Assembly (NCBI GenBank): GCA_030141605.1
Contig: JAQGDQ010000280.1
Span: 233,321-297,320, forward strand
From: Tubiluchus corallicola
Lineage: Eukaryota > Animalia > Priapulida
Reading direction: 5' to 3'
DNA: 64,000 nt
A program made the position numbers and the translations under genes. The notes beneath the pieces were generated by a model that had not been told where the DNA came from, searched no databases, and was given only the letters and a program-made list of their open reading frames with translations. Positions 13,496 to 24,312 of the stretch are shown in pieces. Position 1 is the first letter of the stretch, and the number at the start of each line of letters is the position of its first letter.

Positions 13496-13863
13496 ACTTC
13501 AGACTCGAAGCAAATGGAACAAGGAGCAGAAGAATGTTGAAATAGGAGACATGGTATTAGTTCTGGATGAGACACCAAGGGATCACTGGATGCTAAGACG
13601 GATCATTGAAGCACGAAAAAGCAGTGATGGACTAGTGAGAATTGTGACATTGAAGACTAGAGAAGAGACTCTAAAACGACTAATTCATAAAATAAATTTA
13701 ATCGAATGTAATAATTAGTTGATTTTGTTAAGCATTCATAAGCTGTATGTTTAAGTTAAATTCTGAAGTAGAAGTATGTCAATTTAGTCAGTCATGATAT
13801 GTTATTACACTGTTGGTTTCCTTTAATTTTGTAAATGCTGCAGGAGAGCATTTAAGGAGGCGG
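13496..13863 (+). mobile_element. BEL/Pao 3' end (DUF5641-type C-terminus, polypurine tract before a probable LTR)
   Basis: LQTRSKW...EIGDMVLVLDETPRDHW...DGLVRIVTLKT..RLIHKI; purine-rich aaggaggcgg at ~13854 followed by TGT. Confidence 0.85.
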
Positions 13864-16180
13864 TGTTTTGGATATAAGCACGTGGTGCCTCCTGGTGTTT
13901 GTTTTTCCTAGTTTAGACAGGTGAGCTAGTTCAGGAAATAGGCCATTGGCCTCATTTCACAGTTAGGATATGAAAGTAGTGAGTCACCGGTATGCGGCAA
14001 AGATGTAAGTTTCATTTCTTCACATTTCGTCATGTCATGTTATTGTTAATTATCATTATACCAGTTACTTAATGTTGTGATGTTGGTTTAGCAGAAAGAA
14101 TTTTTAATTTTATTTCAGTCGTTTATTATTTTTTAAATCCATGACAACATTTGCAAAGACTTGCGTTCACTCCAATTCCGTACTCACAGTGGTGATGTAC
14201 TAAATCATCTTTATTTTGCTATTTACATCAAAAGGAGTGCAGGTCCTTATTCTCGGAGAAGCTGCTGAAGCTCAAATATTCCCAAACAATGTCACCATTT
14301 TCATGTACATATTCACGTCATCAGAGATGGCATATATCAATGCCGTGTGCCAGGAGAGATGTACACTGATAGCAAGAATACGGTTAGACGAGTAAGTATC
14401 ATCCAACAAATATGTAGAAATTGTGCAACTATTATTAGGTTATTAATAATTATTAGGAGCAGGCATTATTACAGTAAAATATTAACAACATCATAAACAC
14501 TTCTTGTTAGTTATATTGCTGAAATGGATAAAAATCTTGTAGACGAAGTGCTTATTGATTTTGTTTCTGTTGACCAGGAAAAACTCTTTGATATTTTGAA
14601 ATGATATAACGATGGCTTCCTATTGAAACCTGCTGGCCAAAATGAGATTTTTCATGCAAATGCGAAACGTAGCCCTTGGCATGTCTTGATAAAACCTGGC
14701 ACTGTCTTCTCTACATTCTACGGGCTGAAATACAACAATAGAATAACCAGCTAAATCCAAGCACCAAAATTGTTTTGTAATGAGTACTGCTATATCCCTT
14801 TTGAAGCAAAGTGGGTGCAGACATTCTTAAAATGATGACAAAATGAAACCTGCCATGTTGCAAAGCAGCTATGTGATTGGTTAATAAAAAAGACTGATGA
14901 GACCTGCTACGTAGATAACAATGCGTCCTGCATAGCAGACGGCTGCTGACCTTCAACAAGGTTACAAGGTATGGGAGTTGCTACAGTATTTTTAATGTTC
15001 AAATTATTAAACCTTATCCAATAAGTTCTGTTCTACTGAAGTGTCTATAAATTAGAATAGAAACTTGACATTCATTCAAGACAACTGAAAAAACATACAA
15101 TTGTTTATTTATCACTCAAACTAACAATGCATATTATGGTGCATCAGCAGTAGTGAAGTGAATGTAATTAGGCCTGTCTTGTCTGTCTGTGTGTTATTAA
15201 TTTTGATAGTAAATGGCTTGCTTGGCTTGCATTGCTGTATGTGTTCTTTCATTTCATCATCTCCTCACCCCTGTCACTTAAAATGGTTTGTACTTACCCG
15301 TTGGAATGCTTCCTTTGCTTATGTAGAAAAAGCAATACCTGTTCTGGACAGTTAAGTTGATACTTTTCACTGGTACAGACGTTAGTTGTTGGTCTGACCA
15401 GTGGGCATGTTCCAGTATACCTGTAGTTAACGTATTCGTCTGGAAAGGCTGGTACACGATCTGTGATGTAACTTCTTTACCATGGAGAACTGAGCTAAGT
15501 GCTGTTTTGGCCAAAAGGACAGTGTTCCTGTTGTATAGACCATCTTTCTCAGTCTCGTTGCTGTTGCTGTTACATGGTTTGAAGAGCTGGTCAAGCCACA
15601 GAAGTGTGATGTTATTCCAGTCAGCTGTTGGTACGTTGGTGTAGTAGACTACAAGAGGGTTGCTGGAAGCTGTTGATTAGCTGTCGTCATCTGCATTGTT
15701 ATGGCTCATGGAGGATCGTCATGTTGCCGGCGTCAGCATTGTCATTGTGGGACGATCGTCAAGTTGTGCACAACATCGTCATGAACATTCAGATAAGTTA
15801 TGCGCATTCATTTTCCTATCCTCATCTTTCCTTGGGGGTATTCACAGCAAGCCACAAGTAGTAATTTTGAGCTCTTATTGTTGACTTGTTGTTGTGCTCT
15901 TCTTTTGTAATAATTATAGCTTTAAAATTTATGTTTCATCTTGTTTTGTTTTTAACTAAACAGCCTTAAAAAACAGCAGACGAACCCGTGAAAATACATG
16001 TAGTATATTTTCCTGATCATTATATAAAAATTAAAAATGCAATAGCCTCAAAACGTTACAATAGTGGCAGTAGTTATTTTGTTTTTAAGCAAATAAGCCT
16101 CGGCACGTTACAGTGTGTTTATCAAGTACAAAGTAGAGATTGTTATTATTAAATACTCTTTACAGTTTTATAGATAAGCC

Positions 16181-17930
16181 ATGAACCAATTCAGTAGAGG
16201 CAAAATGCTCATAGAGCTCAGCAGGAAACAGAATCTAGTGGCTGAAAAGACTTCAGAAGTGAAAAATAGTAACAGTATTCATAGTCCATTAGATGCAACA
16301 GATACACAGCCAATAGAAGTCACCATAGAGAGCTTACTTGAGGAGTTGACTCGTGAAGAAGAGTTGACAGACGTAGTTGAGGATATGGCCGTGGACACCT
16401 CTCTTGATGAGGACTTGTTTGGTCAGTCAGCAACAGCTGAAATTCTGCAAAAAGTGGATTATTTAGATAATGATGCAATTGACTGTGGCGAGTCTTCCAA
16501 CAGTGACCCCACATACAAACCAGAACCCGAAACCGAATCCGACTGTGGTGAGTCTTCCAACAGTGACCCCATATACATACCAGAACCCGAAACCGAATCC
16601 GACTGTGGTGAGTCTTCCAACAGTGACCCCCAGATACATACCAGAACCCGAAACCGAATCCGACTGTGGTGAGTCTTCCAACAGTGACCCCCAGATACAT
16701 ACCAGAACCCGAATCCGAATCCGACTGTGGTGAGTCTTCCAACAGTGACCCCACATACATACCAGAACCCGAAACCGACTGTGGTGAGTCTTCCAACAGT
16801 GACCCCACATACATACCAGAAACCGAATCCGACTGTGGTGAGTCTTCCAAAAGTGACCCCACATACATACCAGAACCGAAACCGACTGTGGTGAGTCTTC
16901 CAACAGTGACCCCACATACATACCAGAACCCGAAACCGAATCCGACTGTGGTGGGTCTTCCAACAGTGACCACACATACCAAACCGAATCCGACTGTGGT
17001 GAGTCTTCCAACAGTGACCCCACATACATACCAGAACCCGAAACCGAATCCGATGAAGAAGGGGCAAATAAAGTGCAAACAGGAAATAATCAGGCAGGGA
17101 AGAATCACTTTGCAAAACAAAAGGAGCTGGAATCTCACAAAAAAGATCTAAAAAGGCAAATCCAGAAAAATGGAAACAAAATGTTAATAAATCTCAGAGA
17201 GAAAAGGGAAAATCATATATCCGCCTGAAAAACATAAATGGTGAATCACGTAAAGTGAAAAAAGCTGAACGGAAAATTAAGCCACGGGGTAGTTGTCAAA
17301 ACACCAAGTCAATGTTGTGTGGGGATTTCAGTGAAGAGGATAGGAGAAAAAATTTCACAACATCTGGGAAAACTTAATGTTGGGTGAACGGAAAATTTTC
17401 GTTAAAACAGTTGAGGCAGTACCAACAAAACGATGCCGAGCAGCAGGTGAAAATCCTGAAGAAGCTTAGCAATTCGATACTTAAAAAGGATGGGGAACAC
17501 ACACCCGTGTGCAGAATGATGTTTCTTTCCACTACAGGACTTGGTAGGTGGTCAGTCCAAAATTGGACAGAATTCAGTCACTCCAAGAAATGCTGGAGTA
17601 CGTTCAAAATATTATGATAGAGCCAACGAAGGGAGGGAATTCACGAGAACAGAATTTTTGGATAAGCTTCCCAAAATGTCTTCTCACTATTGCCGTGCTT
17701 CTTACAACCAAAAGTTATTTAGAAGCAGTAATATCAACCATGGCTAACCTGTACAAACTTTACAAAGAGAAATGAGAAGAACGAAATATAACATCATTAT
17801 CACGACAAGTTCTTATTGATGAGAAGAACATAGCATTATTCCAACCTGGAAAAGATCAGTGTGATGTATGCGTGGGCCATGAGGCAGGAAATATAACAGA
17901 AGAAGAATGGCAGGAACACAGGAAAAAGAA
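16181..17930 (+). mobile_element. Degraded Sola-like DNA transposase N-terminal half with internal 60-bp repeat
   Basis: Across frames: KWKQNVNK..REKGKSY, VCRMMFLSTTGL, FLDKLPKMSSHYCR, LYKLY, NIALFQPGKDQCDVC, motifs I associate with Sola-type transposases; truncated before a catalytic core. Confidence 0.6.
16481..17051 (+). repeat. ~60-bp minisatellite, 10 units (DCGESSNSDPTYIPEPETES)
   Basis: gactgtggtgagtcttccaacagtgacccc recurs at 16481, 16541, 16601, 16662, 16723, 16777, 16831, 16884, 16944 and 16992. Confidence 0.96.
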
Positions 17931-19469
17931 TTTTTTGCATGTCACAAAGCAAACAACTAAACAGATTTCACCGTATCAAAGAGTAACTGCAATAAAAGCC
18001 TGACTAGACATTGTTAGGATGTAATAAACTGAGCAAGCATGCACCTTGTGTTTGTACTCTTCTGTTTGTAAATTTGTAATTGTATTGGTTAGAAGAATTT
18101 TACCTAAAAGTTTATTTATAATCAGTCTGCAAAAGACAATGACATTAATGGCAAAAATCTAAAGTACTTTCTGTTAAACCTATGAGCAATTTACCAACAG
18201 GTGACGCATTACTAAATGGGGCATGTAATTGACAATCAGAAAAGAGATGACAAAAATATCGAGAGAAACTTGAATTTGACTCGAAGCCGTAGGAATAACA
18301 CGCAGATCCCAAGCTGCGTTTAGCCCCGCCTACTTTGATGACGCAACACATTTTTCTACAAACACTCGCTCTTTGGCTGCAAGACGCAAACAAAATTTAA
18401 TGTTAAAAATATGGAGAATGAATTCACTTTCTGCGAATTCTAACTGATTCCTGAAAACGAGTGCTTATAATTATAAAAATAAATTATCCAGACATTCGTT
18501 ACAAAGAGAACTAAATTGTTACATGCAGATCTATGTGCAGAATATATATTATAGCACCTCATTGTACTGCAAACACAACAACTTTGCAGACTGATGTTAG
18601 TTTAGTATCAATTCCTCAGACAGACTTGAGTAATTTTTGCAAGGATACATATTATGAACAGTATAATGTTGTTAATGTGTTTGCTAGTTCAGAATGTCAG
18701 TTAGGCCTATCTAGTACTCTGTGCAGTGAGCCTAGAATTCTAACTTATGATGTTGATAATAATGCGGAAGGCAGAGATAAATCTTGCGTGAATATATTGC
18801 CTATTTCGCAGCAAGCTGCTTCTGAAAATTTAATTGAGCCAGCTGCTGGCAAACTGCCAAATGTTACAAAACGTCTTTACTGGCGCGATTGTTTCTGAAG
18901 CTTCTACAGCAGACAATGAATTTGCGCTTCAGGAATTCGCGACCGCAAACAATTTTGAAGGGCAAAGGGGAGAACGGTCAGGTTTTAGTAGTGATTACAC
19001 AGCTTTAACACACAATAGTTTAATAGCGCAATCGCAAGCTAGTTTTGAAACAAACGTTAATCCGATAGTCATGTCAAGCATAACTAATGATAGTTATCAT
19101 TTATACTGGGTAGAAATACATGTGCATAAGGGGAGCAAGTTGAAGGCATTTCGTCCAATGAGACCACTTTGCAAGTTTACAATACAAACAAGTCAATGAG
19201 CAAGACAAAAAATTGTACATGTGAACTCTCTAAATTCTGGGATTTCGATTCGTTGGAAATTGTTTTAACTTCGTTTTTATTTAAAACGTAAAATACAAAT
19301 ATGATAAAGCAATGGATTTTGTTAAATACAGTAGTCATTACTTGTATTTTTAAAAAATTTGTTCACATGTATATTCGACCATCTGTTGATTATTGTTTAC
19401 CGCTCTCCGCCTCCTAGCGCCATCTATCTTACAAAAATACAAACTTATACAGTAATTACCGATTCTTTC

Positions 19470-19985
19470 AGTAATTTAACAAAGGCAGAAGAAGAGGCGA
19501 TTGTAGAAGACCATTTTAATAGAACTGCTTACATTGTGAACGGTCGGTTCAGAATTTCTTGGCCAGTTCGTGATAGAGATAAGTTAGCCAAGCTCCCCAC
19601 GAATCTTGATTTGTGCAAAGCACGCTTACAGAATGTTGTATTTAGACTTAAGCAAAATCCAACACGTTTACAAGCATACAACAAAATCTTTCAACAGCAG
19701 TTACAGGATGCTATAATAGAAAAGTGTAACCGAAATTTCCCTGCAGGAAAGCCATTAACTTACCTTCCTCACACCTGTCTTAAAACATAGCCAGACTTCA
19801 CCATTACATATAGTTTTTAATGCGAGTTGTAAGAAGAAAAGGTCGGTGTTATCAGTGTTATCAAATGATTGTTTGTATACTGGCGCAAATCATCTTCAAA
19901 TTTTAGCAGCTCTTTTGATTAGGTTTATGATACACAAGTATATCTTGATGGGTGATTTATCTAAGGCGTTCTTACAAATCGAGCA
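19470..19985 (+). mobile_element. BEL/Pao reverse transcriptase N-terminal fragment
   Basis: GRFRISWP, LPTNLDLCKARL, AYNKIFQQQLQDAIIEKC, YLPH, then IVFNAS, NDCLYTG and RF...DLSKAFLQI in following frames. Confidence 0.85.
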
Positions 19986-20609
19986 GTAAAAATTAATCGT
20001 CTAATTAGCATGCTCTCCACAGTAGCTCTCAAGGTTGTGCGATGAGACAGAGCATCGCTACAGGCTATATAGTTTCAATACAATCGTGTGCATTTTTGCA
20101 TGTTTGTTTGTCCATCTTTGTGTTAATTTTTTTAATCAAAAGAATCAGGCGAATAGCAAATTAGGATAGTTTGGTCTTGGCAGAGTTCTGCTTCCTACTG
20201 TGTGCATCCTGGGTACCTACTATTTGTGCCATTTTTTCCTGTGTTATTTTTTCCTATATGACATTTTTTCCTGTGCTGTTTTTACTGCTCAGCGCTTAGA
20301 GAATAATCCATTCTTGATCACAAACCACATTTCTTTTTTTTGCTTTTCTTTTGTTTTATCTACTAATAATTAACAGCTTAACATCAAGTAATTCTCTAGC
20401 AAGTATTTGCGGTACTTACTCGACTAATTACTTAAATTTTATTATTGGCACTAAGTTTTTAGGATTGATTGTATGTTAAAGAAAAAATTGTATTGTCATT
20501 GAATCTCCTTGCATTTTTATCAACAGCAATTCACTAACATGATTTTATTATTCAACTAAACGTTGCACATTAAAGAGTTATACTCACTTTCTGAATTTTC
20601 TCTGTCTGT

Positions 20610-21290
20610 ACATCTTAACACATGATTGGGATTGAGTGTAGATGCCTTATAACTAAATAGTTGAGATATTAGAAGATTATTGAAGTTGTCTGTAGACGAC
20701 ATCTTACCAGATGGCTGAGGTTACCAGTAATGTCTTCTTGTCAGGTAGTGAAGTTGCCTTAAGTTTCCTTTTGATCAAGTAATTGTGATTGACAATAAAA
20801 GCTTTTTCAATTCAATGCTTCAGTTTGGCCATATATATCTTTTGACAAAACAGTTGAGGTTGTATGTATATGTCTCTATTCAGATAACTAACATTGCCTG
20901 TAAAAGTCTTCCTGTTAGACACTTGGGATGCACAGTAGATTTCATCTCACCAGATGTTTGAGATTGCTCTAGATGAGTTCTGGTTAAATATTTCAGTTTG
21001 TCTGTTTATATTAACAGATGATTTCGATTGGATGTGGATGTATTTAGACTTGAGGTATAATAGTAAATGTTTTAGATTGCTTGTGGATGTCATCTTGCCA
21101 GATGATGAGTAGCCTGCAGATTTCTTCTGACCAGGTACCTCAGATTGTCAAAAGAACATCTGCTACCACTTTCCTCAGTTTGGTCATACATATCTTCTGA
21201 CAAGGTTGGTGAGGCTGTCTGTATTATGTCTCTGGTCAGATACTTAAAATGCTTTTAGAAGTCTCCTTCTTAGATTCTTGAGATTGGCAG
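20610..21290. repeat. Old degenerate tandem repeat
   Basis: cagtttggccatatatatcttttgacaa..gaggttgtatgtatatgtctctattcagata (20821) vs cagtttggtcatacatatcttctgacaa..gaggctgtctgtattatgtctctggtcagata (21176); recurring catctt(a/g)ccagatg sub-motif. Confidence 0.6.
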
Positions 21291-21461
21291 GTTAGGAAAC
21301 TCGTTATACGTCCAAGCAACTGTTTAGTTGAAAATAATTAACAAAAAAATAAATAGCCATGCTTATATGAAGAACACTCGATTAGTGCATCTCACAAGTG
21401 TTCGGGATGCAAAAACAGTTATCTTGAAGCTTGAATCTAAGTGTAGTAAATGTGGCAATGG

Positions 21462-21966
21462 ATTGTTGTTGTTATTGGCATCCTTCTGTCTCGGAAGACA
21501 ATTGAATGTGCGCCAAGAGAGTCCGATCCTTGAACGTCTCCAGGGCGCACGCCTGGGCAAGGTGTATGGAGATCCTGAGTTGCCCAGACAACAGGAACCC
21601 CCTCTCTTCCTCCCTGGTGTAGTCTAAAGGAAAGCGGAGCGATACGTTTGACACCAGGTTGGCTGCAGGAGGTGCCGGAGTCAGTGAGCATGCTGCACTG
21701 GTCCGCCTTCGGGGCTCCACTCCTGATTTGGAAGGTTTACTCCTCTACACATGGCCGTTAGGTCACTTGACCGCCTCCGCCCTCTAGCCGTTGACTGCTT
21801 GTGCAGCTCCTCCGCCTAGTGTTGAGATACAGTGTGGGCATCCCGCAAGCCTACAGCACCTGGTATTCGTAGTCAGCCACCCATCCAAGTACTAACCAGG
21901 CTCTACGTTGCTTAACTTCAGTGATCAGACGAGAACCGGTGTTTTCAACGTGATTTGGCCATAGTG
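21462..21966 (-). mobile_element. 5S rRNA-derived SINE (SINE3) with RTE-like body/tail, TSD-flanked
   Basis: 5S head, GC-rich body, (AAC)n tail; direct repeat gtggcaatgg at 21452-21461 and 21964-21973. Confidence 0.85.
21847..21966 (-). pseudogene. 5S rRNA-derived sequence (SINE head)
   Basis: Reverse complement of 48604..48723; full-length invertebrate-type 5S with substitutions and no oligo-T terminator. Confidence 0.9.
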
Positions 21967-24312
21967 GCAATGGTTTGCTCTAATAGTAAAATGAGAGAAG
22001 ATAATGTAGAAATTAACAATGTGCCAGTACAACTTGAATATAATGTTGCAACAAGTAATGTGGAAAATAGTGAAGCAGCAGTTTGTAGTTTTCAAACTGA
22101 TAAATTGTTTGTAAAAACGGAACATGATGTACTTGTCGATAATGTTTATTAGATATTTGTAATAGCTTCTCATTATAAGACAGTTCATTCCTTTCTATTG
22201 CCATGTCAGTCGTTACGATGTATCAGAGCAGGCTTACGTGGCATGACGTTTCGTAGAATATATCAATTTTTTTCAAAGAAACTAAAAATAATAAATTTTA
22301 ATAACTATATAAGTATACTGGAATAATAAACCGGGATAATACACTCGAAAAACTATTATATTATCACTAAATCAAATACAATAATACAATAAGTGTGCTA
22401 TTTTAATACAACGTACATGACGTACGAGAGTACATTAATGGAGTTCATTTGAAAAGTAGATTGATTCAATGAAACATTATCAAATAAATCGTTACAATCT
22501 TAGCATATTTTAGGTAATATAGACAGGACGGCAGCTTTAGAGATCATAATTATATGCTAAAATATTCACTTAGATTAATAATAAAATTTACCACCAGTCA
22601 ACTTGTTGGTGCCTTGCCCCGTTCTTCCTATATTCTATTATGCAGGTGAATTTTGGAAGTGATTGGAGATAAAATCATGTAGCTCTTAGTTTTCAAGTTA
22701 ACCTGTACAAAGACACTTGCTGCAATAGTTCAAAATTGAACATTTAACTCTGTGTTTTCTTTTACTAAGTGGTTAGAGGTAATTTAACAAAAAAGTTTAT
22801 TAGTCATATTTGGTTTGCAAACATACTGTCACTGCAGCCTGCGTGATGGTCGTCGCGTTGACTGGAAATCACATCCCAAATATTTTTGTTATTTTATGGA
22901 TCAGTGGTGTCTGGGGAACATGCAACTCGTTCATTGTGACCAAGTTTTAAATCTTACAAAAATCGTAATTTTAGATATGATAATAAAAAAGAGAAACAAA
23001 TCGTTTAGTCACTCAAGTCTATTGGCATTCTTGTGCATTGGCGTGTCATGTTGAATGAGAAGAAAAGCAATTTTTTGGAGATTGACGTGAATAGGCGTGT
23101 CGTGTCTGCCAACTCGCCTTTATTATACATGTGTCGCTATACTTATAGTACAGAGTGATTAAATTGTTTAGGGTGTCTCACCCTTTTTGCCTCTGCAAGT
23201 CTGGACGTGAAAACTTGGCCAGAAGGTACCAAGATGAATGGGGTGGGTAGTGCATTTTACATGATTCCTAAATTATATGCATTATATTCAAAATTCATCC
23301 ATAAGAATATATATCAGAAATTTTGATATGATATTATATCTTCATTTATGTAGATGTAACAGATATATTGCATGCTGTTCATACGAAAAGCTATCAGGTT
23401 AAACCCAACGTTTGATAAAACTGGAATATCAAAAAACAAATTGAATTAAACAGATCTTTTGTGTATTATCCGTGTCCAGCATTTAAGGCTAGAGGGAGAT
23501 CCGTGTATTACCTGTAATGCCTGGAATTTAGTGTCTAGCCCAGATATCACGCAGCCACTGGCCCAACATAGTTGACATCATTGGAAATTTCTGATGGGCC
23601 AGCGCCTTTTTGACTGGCAAAACACTTAGTAGTTCACTGGTGGAACTTGCCCATGTCCCACCCTTTTACCAGTTGGTGGGTTTTTTGGTTGTTGGTTGTT
23701 GGTTGGTTTTTCTGTTGGATCACCAGTGGGATCCACTTTAAATTTGGTTCGTCATTGAACAATATAAAAAATTGAGCCTATAGATACCACAAAATTTGTT
23801 ACCAACTATTAAAGCATTAATCTTTATTGTACATTGTAGTGACATAAATTTTCTCCAAGAGGCCAGTCTGAATATGAGTGCGAATATGTCTTTTGAATGT
23901 GAGAAACTTTCCGAATGGTCATGTCCAGTCCAGTTTTTTAATTTGTTATTTAATGCTAAAAGTTGATAGATTGTAGGTAGTTTAACTGAAAAGAAACTTT
24001 ATACAAATTTCAATAGAAATAATCTCGAATGTAAAACTAATTAAATTAATTTTGAAAAATGTCGCACTGATTATTGTAGAAAACAAAGTGGCACAATAAA
24101 ACAGCTGTTGGCATTTACAAAATCATACTTATGCACACAACCAGCAGAATCAAAGCAACAGTGAATATGGCCACATTACTTCAACAGTTTAAACTACATC
24201 CTGTACATTATAATTATTGAAACATATTCATTTTTTTCTGACAAATCAAAATAATTTGAAATATATACAAAAATGACTAGAAACAGCCTTGTGCTTTTAC
24301 AAGTTATGCTTC

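Noticed and set aside
7590-14120. One intact LTR retrotransposon spanning the two BEL pieces
   Set aside because: No matching LTR seen upstream of 7590, RT and integrase cores are missing, and unrelated LINE and Gypsy pieces lie between.
16320-17138. Long minus-strand ORFs (CWKTHHSR / GSLLEDSPQ repeats) as zinc-finger or other genes
   Set aside because: Antisense frames of the 60-bp minisatellite.
21847-21966. Functional 5S rRNA gene
   Set aside because: No oligo-T terminator, altered 5' end and box C-adjacent bases, not in a tandem array, and embedded in a TSD-flanked SINE.
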